Shown: positions 27,818 through 37,816, numbered from the stretch's first letter. The stretch is DNA of 64,000 nt from an uncultured Clostridia bacterium (GCA_934168365.1 CAKPNJ010000006.1:937-64936); one strand, 5' to 3'. The notes: generated by a model not told the origin, from the letters alone. Numbers and translations are program-made.

Positions 27818-27855
27818 TCACATTACATAATATGTTTCTTTGATATGTAATGTGA
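27818..27855. promoter_or_regulatory. perfect 12-bp inverted repeat (tcacattacata-N14-tatgtaatgtga) over the start/RBS region of the zupT paralogue; candidate operator
   Basis: Read directly from the sequence. Confidence 0.3.
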
Positions 27856-27856
27856 T

Positions 27857-27892
27857 AAAAGCAAACAACTAATTTTCTAGTTATTTGCTTTT
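27857..27892. repeat. palindromic intergenic element, family copy g (aaaagcaaacaacta-attttc-tagttatttgctttt)
   Basis: 15-bp arms with one mismatch. Confidence 0.45.
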
Positions 27893-27898
27893 AGTTAA

Positions 27899-28609
27899 TT
27901 ATTTATTACTTGCTATTTCATATTCTTCTAGGTTTGGTCTTGTTACATCCTCATCTTCTAAGTTATCAAATTGCCAATTTTTAAACTTTGTTGCATTTTC
28001 TTCTTCCGCTCCGTTGATTGCTTTCACTATCATTCCTGTTGACTTACTATACCAAAGCTTTAGTCCTAAGTTATTTATCTTATAGCATTCTTCTCCATCT
28101 ACTATATCAGATGTTATAATTGATGACAATTTCATTGTTCTACTTGTATATTCATCAATCAAATATGGTATGTCATTTAATTCTTTATTTGCATCTTTTT
28201 CAACTGTAGCTTTTAATATACTTGGCACTAAATATATTTTTTCATTTGTGTTTTCATTATTCCATAAAATTAAATCTCTTCCATTGTTCTGCATTACATA
28301 CATCTTTATTCCATCTTTGTAATAAATTTTATTTACAACCTTTTTTGAGTTATCTGTAGTATTTTCTAATTCTATTGTATAAGAAAAGTTTCCTACACTC
28401 ATGTTTGTTCTTTGGTTTATTACAATTTTATTGATAATACTACCATTTATTATAAACCATAGCATCAATCCTACTACAATTACAGCTAATACTATAAAAA
28501 TTATTTTCTCACTTGATTTTTTTTCTTTATTTTTCACAATATCATTCTCCTTATTCTTCATATGTATATTTATTGTTTTTATTATATTATAATCATAATT
28601 TTTATTCAA
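27899..28609 (-). CDS. membrane-anchored protein homologous to the C-terminal extracytoplasmic domain of anti-sigma factor 9545-10402
   Basis: An N-terminal TM helix. GEECYKINNLGLKLWYSKSTGMIVKAING here aligns with KECYVIKGNSYERYIDKETGLAVRNIEK in the anti-sigma factor. Confidence 0.4.
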   Translation of the reverse strand: MNKNYDYNIIKTINIHMKNKENDIVKNKEKKSSEKIIFIVLAVIVVGLMLWFIINGSIINKIVINQRTNMSVGNFSYTIELENTTDNSKKVVNKIYYKDGIKMYVMQNNGRDLILWNNENTNEKIYLVPSILKATVEKDANKELNDIPYLIDEYTSRTMKLSSIITSDIVDGEECYKINNLGLKLWYSKSTGMIVKAINGAEEENATKFKNWQFDNLEDEDVTRPNLEEYEIASNK

Positions 28610-28732
28610 TAGTTACAGAAAAAAAAATATGATTTTTTCAATTCAAACAATCTTGACCTATTTACGTCTTTAAGGTATAATAGTTTTTGAAACTACATAG
28701 TATAGTTTAGTAAATTATTTATTGGAGGACAA

Positions 28733-30454
28733 ATGAAAAAAGAACAAACTATTATAAAATTCGATAATATTAAAGATTTGTTATATCATTCGGCCAATAC
28801 TTATGCTGATAATATAGCATTTACAACAAAGATAAAAAATGGCAAAGAAGTTGAATATATAAATCACACTTATACTAATTTATTGGAAGATATTAATTAT
28901 TTCGGTACTTCTTTATATAAATTAGGTCTACAAGGTAAACGTTCTGCTGTTGTGGGACATAATTGTTATGAATGGGCTGTTGCACATTTAAGTAACTTAC
29001 TTGGAGGGATTGTTTCTGTTCCTTTAGATAAAGGCTTGCAAATTGGAGAACTTGAAGATTCTTTAATTAGAAGTGAAGTCGAATCAATAGTTTTTGATGA
29101 AAAACTAAAAGATATTATAGAAGAAATTAAAAATTCAGGAAAAACAAATATCAAGCATTTTATTTGCTTTTCCAAAGTACCTGGCTTTTTGTATTTTTAT
29201 GATTTAATTGATGACGGAAAAAAAGCTATTGAAGCTGGTTATTCAGAATATATAAATTATAAAGTTAATCCTTCTGCTATGAGTATTTTGCTTTTTACAT
29301 CTGGTACAACTTCTAAATCTAAAGCTGTTATGCTTAATCAAAATGGAATTGCAACAAATATATATGATATGCAATTAGTTGAAACTTTTTATAATACTGA
29401 TGTAAATATTGCATTTTTGCCATATCATCATATTTTTGGATCAACTGGTATGCTTGTAATGTTAGCATCTGGTATGAAAACTGTTTTTCCAGATGGATTA
29501 AGGTATATTCAACAAAACCTAAAAGAATATAAAGTATCTGTTTTTGTTGGAGTTCCTATTCTAATAGATAAAATGTACTCTACTATTATGAAGGAAGTTG
29601 AAAGACAAGGTAAAACTAGGCTTATAAACTTTATGATTAAGCTAAGCAATTTCTTGTTAAAACTTCATATTGATATTAGAAGAAAAGTTTTTAAACAACT
29701 TATTGATGCTCTTGGTGGAAATATGAGATTTGTTATTTCAGGTGGTGCCCCTCTTGATAAAAGAGTTGGTAAATGGTTTAACTCAATTGGTATTCATTTA
29801 GTTCAAGGTTATGGATTAACTGAAACCTCTCCTGTTATATCTGCTGAAAATGATACTTGTGTAAAAGAAGGTTCTGTTGGAATACCTATGGGAAGTCTTG
29901 ATGTAAAAATTAATAATAAAGATGCAAATGGTATTGGTGAAATAATTGTTAAAGGGCCAAATGTTATGCTTGGATATTACAAAAATGAAGAACAAACAAA
30001 TGAAGTATTAAAAGATGGCTGGTTCCACACTGGTGATTTAGGTTATATAGATGATGATGGTTACTTATTTATCACTGGTAGACAAAAAGATTTAATAGTT
30101 TTAAAAAATGGTAAAAAAGTATTTCCTGAGGAATTAGAAATTTTGATAAATAGATTAGATGAAGTTGAAGAATGTTTTGTTTATGGTCTTCCAGATGCTC
30201 AAGATAGTAATGATGTTAAAGTCTCTGTTGAAGTAGTATATAACGAAACCGTTACTAAGTCTAAATACCCTAATGCAACTGAACAAGAACTAAAAGATAT
30301 TATTTGGAATGAAATTAAAGAAATAAATAAAACTCTTCCTATGTACAAATATATAAAACATCTTGTTTTAACTAAAGAACCTTTAATAAAAACTACTACA
30401 AATAAAATAAAAAGAAATGAAGAACTAAAAAAAATTATTGAATTGGAGGGATAG
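28733..30454 (+). CDS. long-chain-fatty-acid-CoA ligase (AMP-binding family)
   Basis: The LFTSGTTSKSKAV, GYGLTETS and WFHTGDLGYIDDDGYLFITGRQKD motifs. Confidence 0.8.
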   Translation: MKKEQTIIKFDNIKDLLYHSANTYADNIAFTTKIKNGKEVEYINHTYTNLLEDINYFGTSLYKLGLQGKRSAVVGHNCYEWAVAHLSNLLGGIVSVPLDKGLQIGELEDSLIRSEVESIVFDEKLKDIIEEIKNSGKTNIKHFICFSKVPGFLYFYDLIDDGKKAIEAGYSEYINYKVNPSAMSILLFTSGTTSKSKAVMLNQNGIATNIYDMQLVETFYNTDVNIAFLPYHHIFGSTGMLVMLASGMKTVFPDGLRYIQQNLKEYKVSVFVGVPILIDKMYSTIMKEVERQGKTRLINFMIKLSNFLLKLHIDIRRKVFKQLIDALGGNMRFVISGGAPLDKRVGKWFNSIGIHLVQGYGLTETSPVISAENDTCVKEGSVGIPMGSLDVKINNKDANGIGEIIVKGPNVMLGYYKNEEQTNEVLKDGWFHTGDLGYIDDDGYLFITGRQKDLIVLKNGKKVFPEELEILINRLDEVEECFVYGLPDAQDSNDVKVSVEVVYNETVTKSKYPNATEQELKDIIWNEIKEINKTLPMYKYIKHLVLTKEPLIKTTTNKIKRNEELKKIIELEG

Positions 30455-30455
30455 T

Positions 30456-31130
30456 ATGCATAGAGTAAAATTAGCTGACAGAGTATTGCCAACATATACA
30501 AAAGGTGAAGAAATTTTTAATATGGTATCACATATTGTCGGCGGTGCACTCGGTATTGCTGTTCTTGCTTTATGTGTTATATTTTCAGCATTACATCACA
30601 ATGTTTATGGTGTAGTTTCTACCTCAATTTATGGCGTATCTTTAATTTTACTATACACTATGTCAAGTATATATCATGGTTTAAACCCTAATTGTACAGC
30701 AAAAAAGGTCTTTCAAATAATTGATCACTGCTCTATATTTATTCTTATAGCTGGAACTTATACTCCATTTGCTTTATGTACTTTAAGAGAATATGATACA
30801 GCTACTGGTTGGACATTATTTGGAATTGTTTGGGGATTATCAATATTAGGAATTGTACTTAATTCAATAGATTTAAAAAGATATAAAGTTTTTTCTATGA
30901 TATGCTACATATTACTTGGTTGGTGTATCATATTTAAAATAAATGTAATTATAGAATTACTAACTATAAAAGGATTTATCTTATTATTAGCTGGTGGACT
31001 TGTATATACAATTGGAGCAATTTTTTATGGACTTGGTAAAAAACATAAATGGATGCACTCTGTATTTCATATTGCTTGTATAGTTGCAAGTGCATTACAA
31101 TTTTTTTGTATATTCTTTTATGTAATATAA
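30456..31130 (+). CDS. hemolysin III / PAQR-family membrane protein
   Basis: Seven TM helices and the conserved His residues. The start is set at MHRVKL because of a GGAGGG RBS; the ORF track begins with TTG at 30438. Confidence 0.7.
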   Translation: MHRVKLADRVLPTYTKGEEIFNMVSHIVGGALGIAVLALCVIFSALHHNVYGVVSTSIYGVSLILLYTMSSIYHGLNPNCTAKKVFQIIDHCSIFILIAGTYTPFALCTLREYDTATGWTLFGIVWGLSILGIVLNSIDLKRYKVFSMICYILLGWCIIFKINVIIELLTIKGFILLLAGGLVYTIGAIFYGLGKKHKWMHSVFHIACIVASALQFFCIFFYVI

Positions 31131-31137
31131 CTTTAAA

Positions 31138-31167
31138 GGGGAAGAGTAAACTCTTCCCCTTTTTTTA
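31138..31167. terminator. intrinsic terminator
   Basis: ggggaagag-taaa-ctcttcccc followed by T8. Confidence 0.65.
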
Positions 31168-31170
31168 TTC

Positions 31171-31299
31171 TTACCATCCCATATTTTCTCCGGGCTTACT
31201 AAGAAGCCCTTGAATGGACGTAAGAATAGTTGCTATTGCACCAATTATAGTTGCAGTAGCGGCGAGGATTTGGATGTATTTGCTCAGCTTGTTGTTCAT
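31171..31299 (-). CDS. small hydrophobic peptide (42 aa), hypothetical; locally GC-rich codons
   Basis: AAGGA RBS 6 nt upstream. The product is MNNKLSKYIQILAATATIIGAIATILTSIQGLLSKPGENMGW. Confidence 0.3.
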   Translation of the reverse strand: MNNKLSKYIQILAATATIIGAIATILTSIQGLLSKPGENMGW

Positions 31300-31374
31300 A
31301 ACTATTCCTTACCTTTCATATTATTTTAATTTGAAATACATATATATTATACACTAGATTTACATAATTTTCAA

Positions 31375-33201
31375 TTATTTTTTTAATATTCTAATAGCAT
31401 TTAATACTGCAATTACTGAAACGCCAACATCTGCGAAAACCGCTTCCCACATTGTAGCAATTCCTACTGCACTCAAAACTAATACTAATGCTTTAATTGA
31501 AATTGCAAATACAATGTTTTGTTTAACAATTCTCATTGCTTTTTTAGAAATCTTAATAGCTTTATTTATTTTAGATGTTTCGTCTGTCATTATTACTATA
31601 TCTGCTGCTTCTATTGCTGCATCGCTTCCAAGACCTCCCATTGCTATCCCTATATCTGATAATGCAAGTACTGGTGCATCATTTATTCCATCTCCAACAA
31701 ATGCAAGTGTTCCACTCTTTTGTTTGATAAGCTCTTCTACTTTTTTTACTTTTCCATCTGGTAATAATTCAGTATATACTTTATCTATTCCTAATTTTTT
31801 AGCAACATCTTCTCCCACCTCTTTTTTGTCACCTGTAAGCATTATTGTCTGTTTTTTATTATCTTTTAATTCTTTTATTGCTTTATATGAATCTTCTTTT
31901 ATTTCGTCTGATATAAGTATATAACCAGCATATTTATTTTCAATTGCTACATGTACTACAGTGCCTATTTCACTACATTTTGTATATTCAATATTGTTTT
32001 CTTGCATTAGTTTTTCATTTCCAACTAATACTTGTTTATTTTCAATTTTTACACTTATTCCTTTTCCAGATATTTCGTTTATATCTGAAATCAATTTGTC
32101 ATCTATTTTTTCATTATATGCTTTTTTTATTGATACTGCAATTGGATGATTTGAATAGTTTTCTGCATAAGCCGAATATTTTATAATGTCTTGTTTAGAT
32201 GCTCCTACTTCTTCTACTTTTTGAACTTCAAATACACCTTTTGTAAGTGTTCCTGTTTTGTCAAAAACCACTGTATTAACATTTGCTAAAGCTTCTAAAT
32301 AATTTCCACCTTTGATTAAAACTCCTATTTTAGATGCTCCACCAATTCCTGCAAAAAAGCTTAAAGGTATTGATATAACTAGTGCACATGGACATGACAC
32401 AACTAAAAATGATAACGCTCTATATAGCCATTCTGTGAAGTTTGCTTCTTTTATAATAATTGGTGGTACAATAGCTATAATTACTGCTAATATTACAACT
32501 ACTGGAGTATAATATTTTGCAAATTTAGTAATAAAGTTTTCAGATTTAGATTTTTTATCTTCTGCATTTTCAATTAAGTTTAATATCTTACTAACAGTTG
32601 ATTCTCCAAATTCTTTAGTTACTTGAATTCTTAATAACCCAGTCTGGTTTATACATCCACTAAAAACATTATCTCCTGTATTAGCTTTTCTTGGAACTGA
32701 TTCTCCTGTTAATGCTGTTGTATCTAGCATTGACTCCCCTTCTATAATTTTTCCATCAAGAGGAATTTTCTCCCCAGGTTTTACAATAATTATTTCTCCA
32801 ACTTTTACTTCTTCAGGATTAACTTTTATCTCAGCATTTTCTCTTAAAACATTTGCAAAATCCGGTCTAATATTCATTAAATTCTCTATTGATTTTTTAG
32901 AGTTATCAACTGCATAATCTTGAAATGTTTCTCCCACTTGATAAAGCAACATTACAGTGACAGTCTCTGGGTATTCTCCAATAGCAAAAGCACCTATTGT
33001 AGCTATTGCCATTAAAAAGTTTTCGTCAAATACTTCTCCTTTGAAAATGTTTTCTATTGCTTCTTTTAAAACTTCAAATCCAACTACTAAATATGCAATT
33101 ACATATATAGCAATTTTTATTATTTGATTATCAATTGGCATTAGTAATGCTATTAAAAGTAATACTAATGATGTTAAAATCTTTATAATTTCTTTTTTCA
33201 T
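31375..33201 (-). CDS. cadA: heavy-metal (Cd/Zn-type) translocating P1B-type ATPase
   Basis: The SCPCAL (CPC) motif, DKTGTLT and GDGINDAP. Confidence 0.85.
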   Translation of the reverse strand: MKKEIIKILTSLVLLLIALLMPIDNQIIKIAIYVIAYLVVGFEVLKEAIENIFKGEVFDENFLMAIATIGAFAIGEYPETVTVMLLYQVGETFQDYAVDNSKKSIENLMNIRPDFANVLRENAEIKVNPEEVKVGEIIIVKPGEKIPLDGKIIEGESMLDTTALTGESVPRKANTGDNVFSGCINQTGLLRIQVTKEFGESTVSKILNLIENAEDKKSKSENFITKFAKYYTPVVVILAVIIAIVPPIIIKEANFTEWLYRALSFLVVSCPCALVISIPLSFFAGIGGASKIGVLIKGGNYLEALANVNTVVFDKTGTLTKGVFEVQKVEEVGASKQDIIKYSAYAENYSNHPIAVSIKKAYNEKIDDKLISDINEISGKGISVKIENKQVLVGNEKLMQENNIEYTKCSEIGTVVHVAIENKYAGYILISDEIKEDSYKAIKELKDNKKQTIMLTGDKKEVGEDVAKKLGIDKVYTELLPDGKVKKVEELIKQKSGTLAFVGDGINDAPVLALSDIGIAMGGLGSDAAIEAADIVIMTDETSKINKAIKISKKAMRIVKQNIVFAISIKALVLVLSAVGIATMWEAVFADVGVSVIAVLNAIRILKK

Positions 33202-33226
33202 AATATTATCTCCTTTTTATAAAACA

Positions 33227-33592
33227 CTATATTCTGTGTTCAATATGCTCTGCACCGATTTCAAATACTTTTTTTACATGTTCATCATCAAGCATATAAA
33301 ATACTTCTTTACCTACTCTTTTACATTTTACAATTCCACTTCTTCTTAATGTTCCTAATTGATGTGAAATTGAAGATTTACTCATACTTAAAACATTTGC
33401 AATGTCACATACACACATTTCATTTTTGTCTAAAGCTGATAATATTTTAACTCTAGTAGTATCTCCTAGAATTTTAAAAAACTCTGCTAAATTGTTAAAC
33501 AGATCTTCATCATTTAACATTTGCTTTTTAGTACTTTCTACTACTTCTTGATGTATTGCATTACAATCACAAATGAATTCATTTCTAGACAT
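33227..33592 (-). CDS. cadC: ArsR/SmtB-family metal-sensing repressor (CadC-like)
   Basis: The HTH region with the ELCVCD-type metal site (CVCDIANVLSMSKSSISHQL), plus N-terminal Cys residues. Confidence 0.75.
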   Translation of the reverse strand: MSRNEFICDCNAIHQEVVESTKKQMLNDEDLFNNLAEFFKILGDTTRVKILSALDKNEMCVCDIANVLSMSKSSISHQLGTLRRSGIVKCKRVGKEVFYMLDDEHVKKVFEIGAEHIEHRI

Positions 33593-33627
33593 ACTATTTC
33601 CTCCTTAGTTTTATTATATGCAAGTAT

Positions 33628-33678
33628 AGTTGAATGTTTACTCAACTTTGAATATATTATAGTTGAATGTATATTCAA
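33628..33678. promoter_or_regulatory. candidate CadC operator: nested inverted repeats upstream of cadC
   Basis: AGTTGA-N8-TCAACT at 33628-33647 and TTGAATATA-N13-TATATTCAA at 33648-33678. A 10-bp direct repeat agttgaatgt occurs 33 nt apart. Confidence 0.4.
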
Positions 33679-33763
33679 TTGTCAATTGTTTTTTATAGAA
33701 TTTTCAAATAATTTTAATACAATAAAAAAGAACCAAAATTATTAAATCTTGGCTCTTTTTTAT

Positions 33764-35485
33764 TTATAAATTATCTGTACTTATATCTTCTTTAACAATT
33801 GTTTTTAGGTCTTTTTTAGTTTTCTTTCCTCTAGTATTTGATGCATGTTTTATTATTGTTTTTTCATATAGATTTCTTGCAAATCTTGCATTTCCAAAGT
33901 TTTTAGTGTTTCTATATTTATCAATTACTTTTACTACTTCATCACAGGCTTCTTTAGTAATGCTAAATCCTGCTTTTTTAACCATTCCTTCAAAGATTTT
34001 TAATAATTCTTCAGATGTATAGTCTTTAAAATCTAGTGTATAACCAATTCTAGAAACTATACCTGAGTTAGCATTTAAAAATGCTTGCATTTCTTTTGTG
34101 TATCCAGCAAAAATTACAACTAGATTATCTCTATAATTTTCCATTGCCTGTATAAGTGTTGCAATAGCTTCTTTATTAAATGAATTTCCACTTCCTTCTT
34201 CAGATGCAAGTGAATATGCTTCATCTACAAATAGCACTCCACCCAAAGCTCTTTCAATAACAGCCATTGTCTTTGGTGCAGTTTGTCCAACATATTCTGC
34301 GACCAAATCTTTGCTTGATACTTCAATTAATTTATTTTGTTTGATATATTTTAAATTATATAGCATTTCTGCAATAATTCTTGCAACAGTTGTTTTACCT
34401 GTTCCTGGGTTTCCTAAAAATACCATATGTAAATTTATATCTTTAATTTTCAAGTCATCTTTAGTCTTATTTTTTAATTCTATTAAATCTACTAAATCTT
34501 TTAATACTTGTTTTATATTTTCTAGTCCTACAAGATTATTTAGATCTGCAAATATTTCGTCCATAGATTTTTCTTGTTCGTATTTTGGTAAATCATTTTC
34601 TGTTATTTCTTGATCTTTGCTAAATAATATTTTATTGCATAACTTATCTCTGTATTCAGGAAATGATAAATCTGTTTTTGGATATGTTGCAGCTATATAG
34701 TCTAATAGTTTAATTGATGCTTCATCTGTTATTTGACTACTTTCTTTTAATTTACTTAATACTTCTTGATAAACATCTTGCACATCTATATTGGTTGATT
34801 CAATTTTGAATTCAAAATATTTTTCAATCATATCTGATTGCATTGCTTGTTCAATTGTCTCAGGGGTTTTTGAAATTAAAATAGTTAAGAAATCTTTTGG
34901 ATTTTCTTCTAACTTTTCTTTCATATTATGTAAAAATCTATCTTTGAATTCTTTTTCTTTTGCTGTAAATCCTTCAAAATCTTTTAGTACGATTACACTA
35001 TTCTCTTTGCTATAAATCTCATTAATTTGTTCTGGTTTTTCTACATTATAGAAAGATGTTTCAATAGTAGATCCTCTTTTTATATATGAGAAAAATGTAG
35101 CTGCATCACTTATTATATCAATAATTCCATATGTAGTTTCTTTATTATTTGAATAAATGCACATATTAAATGGAATGTATTGTTTTTCTATTCCTTCACT
35201 ATATTTTCTCATATACTCAATAATTTTTTTAAGAGTATTTTTTGATTGTTCTGTAATGTATAGTTTTTCTAACTTTTCAAAAGACTTTAACATAAATTCA
35301 TCTTTTGTTTCTTTTATTTTTTCTTCAGTTAGCTCTTCTTTTGCCTCATCTTGCTTGTTTAATTCAATTGTAGGATAATCTTGGTTTAATCCTAATTCTT
35401 TTGCTAATTTTTCATTTTCTGCTTTAATTTTTTCCACTCCAAAAAAATCTTCATATACATCTTTAAAAAATTGTTTAGTATCCAT
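33764..35485 (-). CDS. AAA+ ATPase (SpoVK/CbbX-like)
   Basis: Walker A GNPGTGKTTVARI, Walker B VLFVDEAY, and a long N-terminal domain. Confidence 0.7.
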   Translation of the reverse strand: MDTKQFFKDVYEDFFGVEKIKAENEKLAKELGLNQDYPTIELNKQDEAKEELTEEKIKETKDEFMLKSFEKLEKLYITEQSKNTLKKIIEYMRKYSEGIEKQYIPFNMCIYSNNKETTYGIIDIISDAATFFSYIKRGSTIETSFYNVEKPEQINEIYSKENSVIVLKDFEGFTAKEKEFKDRFLHNMKEKLEENPKDFLTILISKTPETIEQAMQSDMIEKYFEFKIESTNIDVQDVYQEVLSKLKESSQITDEASIKLLDYIAATYPKTDLSFPEYRDKLCNKILFSKDQEITENDLPKYEQEKSMDEIFADLNNLVGLENIKQVLKDLVDLIELKNKTKDDLKIKDINLHMVFLGNPGTGKTTVARIIAEMLYNLKYIKQNKLIEVSSKDLVAEYVGQTAPKTMAVIERALGGVLFVDEAYSLASEEGSGNSFNKEAIATLIQAMENYRDNLVVIFAGYTKEMQAFLNANSGIVSRIGYTLDFKDYTSEELLKIFEGMVKKAGFSITKEACDEVVKVIDKYRNTKNFGNARFARNLYEKTIIKHASNTRGKKTKKDLKTIVKEDISTDNL

Positions 35486-35506
35486 ATATTCCTCTCAATT
35501 GACAAA

Positions 35507-36655
35507 TTATTTAACTTTTAATTCTATCATTTTCTCTTTTAGTTCTTTTTCAATATTTGCAAGTTCTACTTCAGCTTCTTGACGTTTTACTCTTCCATTT
35601 TCATGAATTTGTATAACTTGATCTAATGTATCAATTATATCTTTATTAGTTTTTTGTAATGTAGCAACATCAACAATAGCTCTTTCTGATTCTTCTGCAA
35701 TTTCTATTGAACCTTGTTTTAATATTTCGCTATTCTTTTGTAGCATACTATTTGTTAAATCTGTAACAGCTTTTTGTGCTCCAATTGCTTGTTTAGCATT
35801 GTTTATTCCTAATGCTAATACCATTTGGTTTTTCCATAATGGAATTGTATTTGTTAAAGAACCTTGAATTTTTTCTACAAGTTCTGCTTCATTGTTTTGT
35901 AGTAAACGAATTTGCGGTGCCATTTGAATAGATATAATTCTTGTTGTTTTTAAATCATATATTTTCTTTTCAAATCTATTTATCATATTTTCCATATCAT
36001 TTACTTTTTGCGCATCAAGTTGTTCTCCAGATTCTTGTGCCTTTTTTTGTAATTCAGGTAATGTTACATTTCTTAATTCTTCAATTTTCTTTTCACCTGC
36101 AATAATGTATAAAGATAATTCTTTAAAATACTCTAAGTTTTTTTCATACATTGTATCAAATATTGTAATATCTTTTAACATTTGTAGTCTGTGTTTTTCT
36201 AGACTTGCTTCAATTTTGTCTATATTTACTTCAATTTTTTCATATCCAGCTATTAGTTTTTCTAATTGTTTTTTTACACTAGTAAATAATTTTCCTAATC
36301 CAGTTTTGTTTGTATTAGCTATATCAGAATCAAATGATTTTATTTCACCCACAAGGTCTGCAAGTAAGTCGCCTACTTCTCCTGTACTTCTTGTTTTTAC
36401 ATCTTCTAATACGCTATCAGAAAATTGTGATATTTTTGTTTGAGCTTTTGCTCCATATTGTAATACTTGTGTAGCATCCTCAACATTTATTTTTTTATTA
36501 AATTCTTCTATTGCATCTTTTTCTTCTTGTGATAATAAATCATAATTTAATGATTTTTCAATTTTCTCATCTGTTACTTTTTTTGATTCTTGAGCTAAGC
36601 TCTCTACCTCAGCTTTATTTAATTCTTTATTAACCTTTAATTCTAATTCCTCCAT
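35507..36655 (-). CDS. TelA/KlaA-family toxic-anion-resistance protein (YaaN-like)
   Basis: 382 aa, coiled-coil rich, with TelA-family length and layout. Confidence 0.6.
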   Translation of the reverse strand: MEELELKVNKELNKAEVESLAQESKKVTDEKIEKSLNYDLLSQEEKDAIEEFNKKINVEDATQVLQYGAKAQTKISQFSDSVLEDVKTRSTGEVGDLLADLVGEIKSFDSDIANTNKTGLGKLFTSVKKQLEKLIAGYEKIEVNIDKIEASLEKHRLQMLKDITIFDTMYEKNLEYFKELSLYIIAGEKKIEELRNVTLPELQKKAQESGEQLDAQKVNDMENMINRFEKKIYDLKTTRIISIQMAPQIRLLQNNEAELVEKIQGSLTNTIPLWKNQMVLALGINNAKQAIGAQKAVTDLTNSMLQKNSEILKQGSIEIAEESERAIVDVATLQKTNKDIIDTLDQVIQIHENGRVKRQEAEVELANIEKELKEKMIELKVK

Positions 36656-36674
36656 TTTTTAATCTCCTTTTATT

Positions 36675-37799
36675 TTATTTTTTTAAATATTCAATCAACT
36701 GATTGTAAACATCCATCTTTAAGCTTGTTACTGTACTTGTTATATTTTGTGGAATTCCTATTCCTAATCCAGAAACATCATAATTTCCACCTGTAATACC
36801 AGTTCTAAATCCATATTCAGACCATGCAACTTGTTGAATTTCCTTATCCTCAAATGCTTGGTAAAATTGATTTCCATTTTCATCAAAAGTTGCTATACAA
36901 TGTGAATTCCATATTGTTGGAGTTGGGTATAATATACGTATATCTTTTTTTACTTGTTCAAAACCTTCTGGATTTGAGTTTGCAAATTCAATTATACTTT
37001 TTTCATAATCAACTATCATAGGCTCTCCGCCCATACCTGTTTTTAAATATTTTTCAAACAAGTCTGCTGGTGTATTGTTCATATATCCAGACTTCTCATA
37101 AAATTCTTTTAATTTTGGTAAATTGGTTTGTAAGTTTTTGTCATTTATTGAACTCTCACACATTATTGATAATAATAATCCATAATATGTTGCACCTGGT
37201 GATGATGTAACAGGGTCTGTAGAAGCAACATTTATATTACCATACAATTGACTTAATCCTATATCAGACCATTTTTTACCTGTTAATATATAGTTCAAGA
37301 GTTTTGGCATATCTGTTATATAATATACTCCATCTTTTTGAGTTACTATTTTTTCTTTTTCTAAGGCATCAACAACTTCTCCCCAGCTATATATTACTAT
37401 TGGAGTATTTAAAGTTAGTCCACCATTTAAAACTCTGTATCTGTCTGCTTCTCCTTCTGATTTATTTGGAGATAATTTATAATAATCATAAAATCTTTGA
37501 TCAGAACAGAACATTGCATCATATTTAGTTGTTCCATCTTCTCTTACTAATGGATTTTTGATTAGTTTTCCATTACTCCATGAATCATAAACAACATTTA
37601 GTCCATATTTGTTTTCCATGATGTTTACTACTTTTTCATTTGCAATAAATCCCTCTTTTCCTCCACCTGTTGCTACATATACTGTTGTCAGATCTTTGCC
37701 TGATACTGAGTCTTTTTTGTCACCTATAAATTTAATTCCAACTATTATTAGTATTAGAACTAAAAATATTACGAGCCCTATAATTTGTTTTTTACTCAC
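36675..37799 (-). CDS. membrane-anchored extracytoplasmic protein with a PBP/solute-binding-like domain; homologue of the N-terminal half of 38441-40060
   Basis: An N-terminal TM helix. VASTDPVTSSPGATYYGLLLSI here aligns with SMSNPTSTNSGASAYLGFLYTLAG in the vWA protein. Confidence 0.4.
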   Translation of the reverse strand: MSKKQIIGLVIFLVLILIIVGIKFIGDKKDSVSGKDLTTVYVATGGGKEGFIANEKVVNIMENKYGLNVVYDSWSNGKLIKNPLVREDGTTKYDAMFCSDQRFYDYYKLSPNKSEGEADRYRVLNGGLTLNTPIVIYSWGEVVDALEKEKIVTQKDGVYYITDMPKLLNYILTGKKWSDIGLSQLYGNINVASTDPVTSSPGATYYGLLLSIMCESSINDKNLQTNLPKLKEFYEKSGYMNNTPADLFEKYLKTGMGGEPMIVDYEKSIIEFANSNPEGFEQVKKDIRILYPTPTIWNSHCIATFDENGNQFYQAFEDKEIQQVAWSEYGFRTGITGGNYDVSGLGIGIPQNITSTVTSLKMDVYNQLIEYLKK

Positions 37800-37816
37800 T
37801 ATTTTCTCCTCCTTTA

